From assembly GCF_964213995.1 (NCBI RefSeq), contig NC_135803.1:105524001-105588000 (forward strand): DNA of 64,000 bases, in the 5' to 3' direction. Below are positions 34,391 to 46,666 of this stretch, piece after piece (the stretch's first letter is position 1; every line of letters begins with the position of its first letter). The notes below the pieces were generated by a model. The model made no database searches, was not told where the DNA came from, and saw nothing but the letters and a program-made list of their open reading frames with translations. Both the position numbers and the translations under genes were made by a program. The DNA comes from Mustelus asterias (taxonomy: Eukaryota).

Positions 34391-35829
34391 CTGAGAATGT
34401 AAGGCACAAACACAGATCAAGCCATGTTAATTGAATTTGCGAATATTCTCTCCATCATGCACAAGTTCAATTAATGAAATATTTTCAATAACTTAGTCAA
34501 GACAGCATTTAGGAGCAATTCAATTGGCTCCAGCAGCCCCGGGCTGGTGAGGGGAAAGGAAAAAAAGTAGTTTTTATTCCCATTTTCCATGACAGCTTCT
34601 GGAAAGTGCCATATATAGACACTGAGTGAGAAGAGTCAAATTTGGTTATGATGCTCTCCATAAAGGAATAGCTAGCAGTCACTCACGGTCTGGGCTCAAA
34701 TATAAAGAATGGCCGCTTGGGTGAGGAATGAGATTGTTCGTTGCAATGTCCCTCTCCCTCCAATGTTTAGCAAGGGTGAAAGCAAAAAGATCACGAATTG
34801 CTATGTGATTTGGCCCATAACTGCGCACCTTCTCGGGATGATTCAAGCACGATTGCAAAGTTGAAAGTGACATGGCCCCTGTGTATTATCTTGCAAGGCT
34901 TATTTCTGAAACAAAGTCCACGTTGTGAAGCTGGCGTATTATTCACGCCAATCAAAGGACGCAGAATGCTGACACAATTCAACCAAAGTGAAGTGAAATA
35001 TAAAATCAAATCAATACATACATTAATTAAATTGAATAAATCTAAATTTGCTTTTAATCAATCTTTGATTATAGACTAATTTCTTTTTTAAAAGGGTAAT
35101 AGTCACTCAAAATTCAATCTCCATGCACTTGATTAATTGGAATAATTAAATAAAGGGATCGTTTTACTCAACAAAAACAATTATATTGTAATAAAATGTT
35201 CCAAAGAGCATTATAAAACAAAATATGATGTTGGTGTCACATAAAAGATGTCTGATGACCAAACGTTTTGTCAAAGTAGTAGGTTTTAAGGAGCTCCCTC
35301 AAGGAGAAGCAGAGAGGTTTAGGGAGGGTATTTAAGAGCTCAGAACCGAGGCAACTGAAGGTTTGGTCACGAAAGGTTGAACAATTAAAATCAGAGATGT
35401 TCAAGAGGCCAGAATTAGATGAATGTAGATATCTTGGAGGATCGAGAGGCTGGAGCTGATCGCAAGGATAGGGCGGGGTGAGGCAAGGGGAGATCGGAAA
35501 ACAAGAATGATAATTTTAGAATCAAGGCACTCCTTGACCAGAAGCTAATGTAGGTCAGCAAGCACAGGGTGATAGGTGCATGGAACCCAGTGCGAGTTCG
35601 GACACAAGATGCAACATTTTGCATGACCTTCAGCTAATGGAAGGTAGAATATGGGAGGTTAGCCAGGAGTGCATTGGAATAGTTAATTCTCAATATAACA
35701 AAGGTATGAATAAAGGTTTCTGAAGAGCTTGTATAGGGGCAAACTTATGAAGTGAAAATAAGCAGTCTCAGTGATGGTGTGAATATGTGATCGGAAGCTT
35801 ATCTCAGGGTTAAATGTGGTCACCAAGCT

Positions 35830-37310
35830 TGAAAAATGATTGGTTAAGTCTCAGACTGATGTCTTGTGCTCCAGAATTTGCTGCCTCCCTAGTCAAGTTG
35901 TTCCAGTGCAACTACAGCATTGGCATCTTTCTGGCAATGCGGAAAATTGCCATGCTGTGTCCTGTACTCAAAAAACAGGACAAATCCAACCTAGCAAATC
36001 ACTGCCCCATCAGTCTACTCCCTGTCTTAAGTAAAGTGATGGAAGGGGTCCATCAACCAATGCTATCAAGTGGCACTTGCTTAGTAATAAACTGTGCACT
36101 GACGCTCAGTTTGGGTTCTGCCAGAGTCACTCAGCTCCTGACCTCACTATAGCCTTGGTTCAAACATGGACAAAAGAGTTGAGCTCCAGAGGTGAGGTGA
36201 GGTGATATCAAGGCAGCATTTCACCAAGTGTGTCGTCAAGGAGCCCTTACAAAACAGGAGTCAATGGGAATCTAGTTGAAAACTCTCTGCTATTGGAGTC
36301 ATACTGAGCACTAAGGAAGATGGTTGTGGTTGTTGAAGACCAAACATCTCAGTTCTTGGACATCACTTCAGGAGTTCCTCAGGGTGGTGTCTTGGGCCCA
36401 ACTGTCTTCAGCTGCTTCATCAATGACCTTTTTTCCATCATAAGGTCAGATGTGGGGATGTTTGTTGATCATTGCACAATGTTCAGCATCAGTTGCAACT
36501 CCTCAGACAGTGAAGCAGTCCATATTCAAATACAGAAGACCTGGACATATCCAGGCTTGGGCTGACAAGTGGCAAGTAACATTTGCATCACACAGGTGTC
36601 AGGCAATGACTATCTCCAAGAAGAGATAATCTAGTCATCACCCCCTGACATTCAATGGCTCTACCATTGCTGAAACCCTGCTATCAACACCTTGGGGATT
36701 ACCATTGAACATTGAAACTGAATAGGACAAGCCATGTAAATGAACTGCCCATAAGAGCAGGTCAGAGGCTAGGACTCCTGCAGCGAGTAACATCTCCTGA
36801 CTCCACAAAGCCTGTATACCATCTACAAGGCAGAAATCAGGAGTGTGATGGAATATCCTCCACTTGCCTAGATGAGGGCAGCTCCAACAACACTCAAGAA
36901 GGTTGACACCATCCATGACAAAGCAGCCTGCCTTATTGGCACCTCATCCACAAACATTCACTCCTTCCACCATGGACATACAGTGGCAACATGTGTAGCA
37001 TCAACAAGATGCACTGCAGGAACTCACCAAGACTCCTTATACAGCACCTTCCAAACCCATGGCCACCTAGATGGACAAGGGCAGCAGGCACATGGGAACA
37101 CCACCTTCTCTTCCAAACCACTCACGATCCTGATTTGGAAATATATCGTCGTTTATTCAATGTCAGGAACTCCCTCCCTAAAAGTACTGTGGTTGTACTA
37201 CACCACATGGACCACAGCAGTTGACGAAGGTAGCTCACCACCACTTTCTCAAGGGCAATTCGGGATGGGCAATAAATGCTGGTCTAGCCAGTGATGCCCA
37301 CGTCCCATGT
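35830..37310 (+). mobile_element. Decayed CR1/L2-group LINE RT fragment nested in an older LINE remnant (about 35200-35810 and 37320-37570)
   Basis: PISLL..LSKVME, GVPQGGVLGP..F..FINDL remnants; 3' end GGGATGGGCAATAAATGCTGG. Confidence 0.8.
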
Positions 37311-37870
37311 AAAAAAAAACAGTTGCCAGAGAGGGGATGGACTGGGTTCCTAGGGAATAGGGATTGCAGCGAGCGTAGAAAAAAATGACTTCAGTCTTCT
37401 CAATGTTTTGCTGGAAGAAATTTCTGTTCATCCAGTACTAGATGTTAGATTGGCATGCTGATAATTTAGCAATAATGGAGGAGTTGACAGAGGTGTTGGT
37501 GAATTGGAGCTGGGTGTTGTCAATGATGTATGAAAACTGACCCTGCGCTTTCAGATCATATCACCAATAACAATTGCTCATCAAACATTTTTCACATTAA
37601 GTGTATTTTTAGTGCAGGATTTGCTAATGCACTTGGGCACATTATTTAATTCTCTCTCTGTATTATACTGCTAATTCATCTAATTTTCCTCAATTTTTGT
37701 TTGATCTACTTCAAAAATTGCCATACATGGAGCAGTATCTGGAACCTTCTGGTCTGCATCACTGAGTACCACAATAAGCAGGGCCTTTATCCTCGACATT
37801 AAAGCAGGGCTGCCACTGTTTATAATTACAAACATGACTCTGTGGTCCCTTTCCACTGGGTCCTAGTTAC

Positions 37871-37968
37871 CTTTCTGCTTCTCTGCGGTGTGTCAATCAC
37901 GATCCTTTTGCTATCACTTGCCCAGCAGTTCAGTGCCAGCTCTGAGGAGTAAATGCCAGTAAATCCAC
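37871..37968 (-). CDS. APEH: APEH exon
   Basis: AG/GT-flanked; GFTGIYSSELALNCWASDSKRIVIDTPQRSRK. Confidence 0.92.
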
Positions 37969-39223
37969 CTGAAACATATTATTGGCTATCATTATTCAAA
38001 CGTTATAACTCCCAGTACCATCAATTTGATCTCATATGCTACAGTTCTCAATGTTCACTCGGTGAATATTTCCTCTATGTAACATATTTATGGATTTTTT
38101 CTTCATAAATGGGTTTGGCATTTTGTTACATGCAGTATGCAGAGGAATTCTTCCCTCTGAGGAGGATAGTTTCCATGTACAACATTCCAGACATTGTTGT
38201 CTCTGACAACAGGCCACAATTCACCAAGTGTTTTCAATCCTTTGTAGCATCATATGGGTTTGTCCATCACGCAAGTTCGCCAAGGTAACCTCAGGCCAAG
38301 GAAAAGGTACCATCAAAGGACACCTCTTTAAAAAAAGCAAAGATTTTGAGTTAGCCCTCCTTATCTCTCAGAATGGTTTCACCCATGCGAGCTTTAGATG
38401 GATTGCAAGCTAAAAACCCAACTTCCTTCTCTTCCTCACAAACTAACACCAAGTGACACATCAGAGGACCACAACTACGCCCAACAGAAGGAAGAAGATT
38501 ATAGAGTCGATCAAGCCGCACTTTCAATGGTGAGCTTTTTAATCAATCTGTGGTGATAGCGACATGGAATACTACCTGGAACCTTCTGGTCTGCATGACT
38601 GTGTGCCACGACAAACAGGGTCGTTCTCCTCTACACTAAAACAGGGTCATTATCCTCTACATTAAAGCAGGGCCTCCTCTTTCTGCAATTAGAAACATGA
38701 CTCTGTAGATCCTTTCCACTGGGTTCCAGTTACCTTTCTGCTTCCCCAAGCTTTATCTTACTCCTGGGAGGGAGGAAAATAAATTTTGTGCGCCAGATAC
38801 TTCAACTGCTCTTACATTTCCCAGAGCAGTTGAAATACAGGTGTGTTTATGGAGAAGTTAAATAGATGTATTATTAGAGATAAATTTATGGAGAGGTTAA
38901 TTAAGTATATGAGGATGAACAGAAATAGAGGGCTATGCTGATAGGGTTAAATGAGGAAGGATGGCTGGGATGGAGCACAAATACCAGCATTGACTAGTTG
39001 GCTGGACCAAATAGCTTTTTCTCTGCTGTATATTCTATATATCATTGTGGTTCATCATGTAAGAGTTCTCCATCAAGAATACTAAAAACACTAGGATATT
39101 AAAGTTAAGTGGAAATGAAGGAAAAACACAGTAACTTGTATCCAGCAGGAAAAAAGGACATGTTTGTTGTCATGTATAGTTAGATTGAGATAGAGCAAGT
39201 CCAGAGAAATATAGAACTAGGGG

Positions 39224-39741
39224 CAGTGGCGGATTAACTACCACCCGGACCCCTAGGCTGAGCTTTAGTAAGGCCCCCTGACCTTGCCCCCTGCCCCACC
39301 CTTCGTTGAATAGAATAAAGTTTCTATGTTTCTATAAAGTGAAGTTAAGTGATGTTAGATAATTTATATCGTTGTACTATGTATAATGTACTACATGCAT
39401 AATATCATAAAGTTATTTGAATCAATTACAGCCCTTTTATTCATTTATTTTTCATTTTCTTTACATTTGTACTTTAAAAAGCTTCCGTGTTTTCTGGTTT
39501 ACAAAAGTGTCGATAACAGCATGTAAATCAACAGATCGAAGTATGTCTGATTCAATGTGTATGAGTGCCAGATGTCTAAGTTTCTCATCGCTCATTGTTG
39601 AGCGCAAATAGATTTTGATCCTCTTCAGTGCCGAAAATGAACGCTCACCTGAACAGTAGTGATTTTTTTTGCTCTCGGGCCCCCCTCCCTTCCAGGCCCC
39701 TAGATTTAAGCCTACTCAGCCTAAGGGTTAATCCGGCACTG
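39224..39741 (-). mobile_element. hAT (Tip100-like) internal-deletion derivative
   Basis: 15-bp TIR CAGTG(G/C)CGGATTAAC, 8-bp TSD actagggg (39216-39223, 39742-39749); - strand reads CSGERSFSALKRIKIYLRSTMSDEKLRHLALIHIE (hAT dimerisation domain). Confidence 0.92.
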
Positions 39742-40385
39742 ACTAGGGGCCATAGATACATAGTAGCCACTAATAAATCCAATAGGTACAGAGAGTTCTT
39801 TATCCAGACAGTGGTTCAAATGTGGAATTCACTACCACAAAAATTTAAAGGGAATCTGCATAAAGACACAAGCGAGAAAGGAATAAGATTAGATGATTTG
39901 TGTTGTGTTTGTCTCGAAGTAGGCTGGTGGGTTTGTATGATCTGAATTTATTTTATGCATCTGCAATAACTAACCAGGGCCAGCCTTGATCGTTCAGGTG
40001 CTGGATGAGTCTACTGATTAGTCAAACCCTTCTTCAGTTTTACAAGAAAAAGACAGGTCGGTTGCAGTTAGCATTGGAGACTGAAATGCAAGGAAAAACC
40101 TGGGTTTCAATCCAGCTCAAACTTATATGGTTAGTCATTTATTCAAGTAAACTCAAATGCTAAAAGTTACATACATGTAGATAGATTTTTTTCTGAAAAT
40201 AAAACTTTGGAATACAGTTTGCAAGTAATTTCAGTCATGATATGTTGAACCATAGCAATCATGTGTGGGAAAAGGTGACTCTGGATCAATGGTTCCCAAA
40301 ACTCCCACCACTGGGATTTCCCTTGTGCCATGCCTGTTGCATAGGAATTGATTGTCCTGACTTGTCTACAACTTCATTATCATTG

Positions 40386-40607
40386 ATGTGGAGTTGCTGG
40401 CATTGGACTGGGGTAGGCTCAGTAAGTAGTTTCACAACACCAGGTTAAAGTCCAACAATTCGGTAGCACGAACTTTCAGAGCGCTGCTCCTTCATCAGGT
40501 GAGTGCAAATCCTGCACTCACCTGATGAAGGAGCAGCATTCCGAAAGCTCATGCTACCAAATAACTTGTTGGACTTTAACCTGGTGTTGTGAGACTACTT
40601 ACTGTGC
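40386..40607. mobile_element. Palindromic Penelope-type element with hammerhead motifs
   Basis: Inverted arms; 11-bp TSD cattatcattg (40375-40385, 40608-40618); CTGATGA..GAAAGCTC on +, mirror copy on -. Confidence 0.85.
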
Positions 40608-40872
40608 CATTATCATTGTATATGGTGACTAGCAGGATGGACAACTTGGTCTTTTCTTGCATAGAAAGCCCCTTCTTCAAAATGGTTTCAGCACTACCAG
40701 TTCAAAAATAAGAAGTCAGATTCAAGTGCACACTGGCTTTTGCAAGTACTGAAGGGCATCAACTTGATACCTGTAGAACAATATTCAAGTCAAGCTTATA
40801 ACGTCTTCTTTAAGGCGAAAAGATGATTACAACTTTTCAAAATTAAAAAAAGGTTGGTTTCTCATCACTCAC

Positions 40873-40933
40873 CCACTGTTGGATTATCCACGATCTTCAC
40901 CACAGTCGATATTACATTTTTGTCCAAGGTATA
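40873..40933 (-). CDS. APEH: APEH exon
   Basis: AG/GT-flanked 61 nt; YTLDKNVISTVVKIVDNPTV; phases fit both neighbours. Confidence 0.85.
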
Positions 40934-42065
40934 CTGAAACAGAAAATACATGATCCATTCCAGGGAGGAAAGCTTCTTTCCTAACAATTTTGCTGCTACA
41001 CCAGATGGACTCCAGCAGCAAGCAGCTCATCACCACATTCTCTAAGGCAATTCAGAAAGGGCAACAAATACTGGCCTCGCCAGTAACACATGCATACCAG
41101 GAACAAATAAAATAAAATCTCAGTTCTTGCAGAAGCCCTCCAATGCATCTATAATATAGTTAATTAATCCCAATCATGTAGGAACTGGGTGAATGTCATC
41201 GGGACAGTCTTAATATCAACAAGTCAGGAACCCATTTCAAATATTTTCTTCTCCTATCTTGAGAAATCAAAGCAGTTAGAAAAAACCATTGTGAGTGTCT
41301 GAAATACTTCTACTGGTAGGATCAAGTTCAACCCATTTAATTGGAGATCAACAAATACAACAGAAGATATGACATTTTGACTGGAAATTTGACATTGTGT
41401 TAAAATTGACACACAATCAGAAATACACTGGCAGCACTGGCAGAGATGAAAGCCTTTAGCTCACTTGAAATTGGTCCTCTGACCTCATCTACTTAATGCT
41501 AGTGAGTTATGGCCACCGGATTTGTGTGATCCGATGCAGTTCAGTTGGGACCCTGCAAAATTCACTGGCAGCAATATAGTGCTAGCCTCCAAGTAAATTA
41601 TTGGAGGAAGGGTTATTATTAGAGGAAGGAGATGGGAGTGGTCACAAGCCTCCACTGGCAGAAACTGCAATATTGTAGAGTTGGGAGGAGCATTCTTTTC
41701 TACTTCTTGGGCTAAGCTTTTTCTCACCCCTCCAAATAGCTCTTGGGTTAAACCAAGATATATTTGTTTCTCCTTATTAAGTATTTGGGATATTTTCCAC
41801 ATTGTAGACACTAAATAGGTTGTTGATTTTCATAATTATTTTAATTGTTGAAAGTTCAACCTATAATGAAGAGCCACTGGAAGCTGCATGGCTCATAATT
41901 CTTGTGGCTGAATTTAACGGTAAACGCATTGAGTTTGTAAAACTCTCCAATATAGTGTTTTGACTGATTATTATTTGCATCCATCTGTCTCAGGAGATGA
42001 TGGACTGTGCCCAGAGTGTATTTCACTTTGATATTCCCAGAATTAGAGAGGTAATGGTAATATAA

Positions 42066-43975
42066 CATAACTGGGAGGAGGAATAGGCAATTTAGCCCCT
42101 AGAGCCTTTCCGCCATTCAATACAATCATGCTGATCTCATCTCAGCCTCATCTCCACCTTCCCGCCTATTCCCCGTAACCCTTCATCCTGCTATTAATTA
42201 AAAATCTACCTATCTCCTCCTTAAATTTGTTTAGTGTTCCAGTGTCCATTACACTCTGGGGTAGAGACTTGCACAGATTCATGACCCTTGAAGAAAAGTA
42301 GTTGATCCTCATTGCTGTTTCAAACCTGCCACCCTTTAGCCTAAAACTATAGCCTCTCATTTGAGAATGCCCAACAAGGGAAAACATCTGCTCTATGTCT
42401 AACCTTTCAATTCCCTTTGGAATCTTATATACCTCAATTAAATTTCCCCTCATCCTTCTAAACTCCAGCAAGTATAGGTCTAAACTGTTCAATCTTTCTT
42501 CATAAGACAAGTCCTATCTTCCTACTTTTATACTCTATTCCATTAGCAATGAATGCCAAAATTCCATTTGCTTTCCTTATTACATGCTGTATCTGCATAC
42601 TAATTCTCTGCAATGCATGAGGACACTCAGATACCACTGCACTGAAGCATTTTGTAGTTTGTCTTCATTTAGATAATAATTTGTCTTTTTACACCTCTAA
42701 ACAAAATGGATAACCTCACATTCATCCATGTTAAATACCATCTGCCAAATTTTGGCCCGCTCACCTAACCTATCCATATCCATTTGTAAATTTCTTATTT
42801 CCTCATTGCAACTTGCTTTCACACCTACTTTAGTGTCATCTGTAAATTTGGATATAGTACATTCTATCCCTGCATCCAAGTCATTAATATAGATTGTAAA
42901 TTGTTGGGCCTGAGGACTGAACCCTGTGGAAGCCACTAGTTATATCTTGTCAAACCTCTGCTTTCTGTTGGTCTATCTAAGCTAACATGTTACTCCCAAC
43001 CCTGTGGGATCTTACATTGTGCATTAACCTTTTGTGCAGCTCCTTATCAAATGCCTTCTGGATGTCCAGATACACTACATCCACAGGACCCCTGTTATCC
43101 ATTTTGCTTGTTACATCTTCGAAGAATTCCAGCAAATTAGTCAAACATGATTTACCCTTCGTAAAACTATGCTGACTTTGATGGATTGCATTTTTACTTT
43201 CCAAATGTCCCTTTACTACTTCCTTAATAATGGATTCCAACAATTTTCCAATGACAGACATTAAACTAACAGGTCTATAGTTTCCTACTGGCTATCTTTC
43301 TCCCCGTCTGAACAGGGCCAATACATTAGCCTTTTTCCAATCCACTGAAACTTTTCCAGAATCCAAGGAATTTTGGAATATTATAACTAATTCCTCCACT
43401 ATCTCTATTGCCACTTCCTTCAAGACCATAGGATGTAGGTCATTAGGCCCCAGGGACTTGTCGACCTTTAATTCCAATAGCTTGCTCAGCACATTTTCAC
43501 CTAGTGATGGCGATTGTTTTAAATTTCTCGTTTTCAACAACTGCCACATTACCTCTTACTATTGGGATGGTTCTAATGTCCTCCACTGTGAAAACTGAGG
43601 CAAAATATATATATTTTAAGCATTTACTGGATGTGGGTGTCGCTGGCTAGGCCAGCATTGATTGTCCATCCCTAGTTGCCCTTCAGAACGTGGTGGTGAG
43701 CTGCCTTCTTGAACTGCTGCAATCCCTGAGGTTTAGAAACACTTTGGAGGTGTTTGGAGGGGACTCTCAAAGTAGTGGTGTTCCCAGGTATCTGCTGCTC
43801 TTGTCCTTCTATATAGTAGTAGTTTGGGTTTGGATTTAGTGTCTCCGTCATTACTTTGTTCTCCATTATTAACTCCCCAGTCTTGTCCTCTAAGGGACCA
43901 ACAATGACTTTAGCTACTCTCTCCCTTTTTATATACTTAAAGAATCTTTTGCTATCTGTCTTTATATTTTGCTAG
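42066..43975 (-). mobile_element. Decayed CR1 LINE (with a nested LINE 3' fragment at about 43620-43830)
   Basis: ORF-track pieces 42166-43549 homologous to CR1 ORF2 RT. Confidence 0.9.
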
Positions 43976-44073
43976 GTTTCTTTCATAAGACAGCCAGATG
44001 CTTTCTGATATTTTAGAGAACTGTAGATTTATTCATTCACAATATTCTTGGACACATTGAAGAAGATACTAAC

Positions 44074-44195
44074 CAGGGACAGGCTGTGACACTGATGATG
44101 GGTGCTAACATCGCCACTCTCCAGGTAGATGACATGACGCTGGTCAGGACTAAGGCGTGGGGAACGGACAGAATTTAATCCTGAAGAAATCTGCA
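44074..44195 (-). CDS. APEH: APEH exon
   Basis: AG/GT-flanked; QISSGLNSVRSPRLSPDQRHVIYLESGDVSTHHQCHSLSL. Confidence 0.92.
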
Positions 44196-44614
44196 CTGTA
44201 AAAAGTAAAGTCAGCAATTTCAGAATATGTTCACAATCAGGATTACAATTCATTATGCCCCCCCAGCCAACCCAACTTGCCAGGGATAAATGTATTTGGG
44301 AGGGGGGAGCGTGGACTGAAATTAGCATTTGAAATTGAGCCATACAGATTACTGGAAATCAGTAAATAAATTTTGCTGAAACATACTTGGAAGTGAGGTG
44401 CCTTTGGACCATTCAGTACTAGAACTGAATTACAAAGTGATTCATGGGTAACTGATGTAAATTACACAGTGTGTACATAGAGGTGAACAAGCTAAACTGG
44501 GCCTATTTGGGGTCCTGAAACACTTTTGTCTGCTGGTAATTGCATTAAAACTGCCAAATTTTTCACAGTTATCTGGACACAAATTGCACAATCTGGCTGA
44601 GAAACATCACTTAC

Positions 44615-44655
44615 GACATTCGGCCCCCATTCGGTTGACATGGTATAGTGCTGAT
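44615..44655 (-). CDS. APEH: APEH exon
   Basis: AG/GT-flanked 41 nt; SALYHVNRMGAEC, similar to human SALYYVDLIGGKC. Confidence 0.88.
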
Positions 44656-46574
44656 CTGACATGGAAACAGAAGTGCATGAGGTCATGAGACAAAATGGTA
44701 AATCAAGTGGATGCATCATGAATTAAAAAAACTAGAAATAGCAATGTAAATCTCCAACTCTTTGTACCACTGAGTTTGCACCCTCAAGTCTCTTACACAC
44801 GATGGGTTTCCATCTTGCACCATGACTAGGCTGTTCTCACCATCGCTTTTATAGAACAGCATTGGTAGATTCCTGGAAGGCGGCTGATTGTCTATTCTTT
44901 CAGTCAGAAAATGGTACAGGCTACAATAAAAAGCTGAGAATGAAATACCGTTCAGCTTTGTTTTTCCTCTTGTATTTTCCTTTGGGCATAAAATGGTGCA
45001 CAGGGATGATAAAGATGAAAGACTTGCACCTGTTCATAACTTTTAGGCAGGATCAGAGCTAATTTTGGTAACTATCAGAGATATTAAAGAGCTGGTTTTC
45101 TGTCTCTAGACAACATTATTGAGAAAGTGCTTCTCGGAGGATTCAGTTTCATTACCCACAATTCTGCTCGTGTGTTTTTATTAAGTCTGTCAAGAAATCA
45201 AGAGGACAGGTATCAACATTAGTGAATTAACCACTATTCCATTTCAGGCACTTGATGTCAGCATCAAGAACGCCAGATCAGATATAGCACAGCCATATGC
45301 AAGGTAAAGCTTCCTCTGATACAAAAATAAAATACTGCAGCTTTTGGAAATTTTAAATAACAACAGAAAATAACATAAATAATCTGCAAGTCTGGCTGCA
45401 TCTGTTGAGAAAGGAAGTCATCATACTGAAAGGTTAAATCTGTTCCTTTCTCTACAGATGCTATCAGACTTGATTGATTATTTAGAGCATTTTCTGTTTT
45501 TATTTTATTAATGTCCTCTGCTCTGACTTAGCAACATATTTCCACCTAGATCTTCGATAAATTTCCCTCCAATGACTTGTTACCTTTTCAGTTTCCAAAC
45601 CTGACACCATGGTATTTTAATTTATTCTGACTATACATTCAGCTTTGTAATTTTGTTGGGTAACATTTATTGACTGAAAGCCAACTATTCTCCATTCTCC
45701 TAAATTTGCTCAGGAGTAAATTACTATAATAGATAACAGTATTGTCAGATAGGCCTAACATTCATGTTTTCTTTTTGCTTATTAGTTGTTTGTTAAACAG
45801 GAAACATGCAAATGTATCCTGAATTTAGCTAATTTGCACTTCCCATTAATTTTCTATAATTTTGTAGAGAGTGTTTCAGAGTTGAGTGAGGAAAACATGA
45901 GGTAGATTCTGGTCAAGTCAGAATTTATCGCTCCGCCCGCCATGGGAATCGAAGAGGGTGAGAGGCAGACAATGGAAAGATCTGTTGACCTTGAGTGGGA
46001 TTTTACAGTTTCCAGTTAAGTAAGGCCGTAAAATCCCACCCAATGCATGGAAAGAATTTGAACTGTATTGTATTTTCAGTACTGCCAAATTTGAACAGCT
46101 ATGGAATGTAAATTTATATATTTTCTTATGAATAAAGTGCAATATTTTTAAAAAACTTTTTTATTCTTATCTCAGTTTGTTCCATCATCCAATAAAATTG
46201 ATGATAATTAAAGTTAAACCTCTGATTGGAATTCAGAATGATGGCACTTCACTACCAGTTTGATTAGCTTGGGAGAATTGTTACGTAGAAATGACTTAAC
46301 CCATAAAAATCAGGTGCCCTGGTGAATATTTATTCCTCAACCAACATACTAAAAGAATGGTCATTATCTCATTGGTGCTTGCGAGACCTTGATGTGTGCA
46401 AGTTGGCTACTACATTTCCCGCATTACAACAATGATTACATTTTTAAAGTATTGCTTTGGCTTAAAGTGCATTGGGACATCCTGAGATCATGAAAGGCAC
46501 TATGGAAATGCAAATATTTTCTAAAACGTTTAGTGTTGACTGAACTGTGTTAAAGACACCATTCAGTGACTTAC

Positions 46575-46666
46575 TTCCGGTTGGTGCAGTATTTGAGACC
46601 CAGTCGCCAAGGCATATGCCACCAGCCAACAAATATGATGCCAGTGTCCTTAGGGGCCCAGATTGC
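46575..46666 (-). CDS. APEH: APEH exon
   Basis: AG/GT-flanked; AIWAPKDTGIIFVGWWHMPWRLGLKYCTNR. Confidence 0.93.

Noticed and set aside
44841-44872. 32-nt AG/GT-flanked segment with the same phases as the 41-nt APEH exon (possible mutually exclusive exon)
   Set aside because: Peptide NLPMLFYKSD is not homologous to SALYHVNRMGAEC and the pyrimidine tract is short; likely chance.
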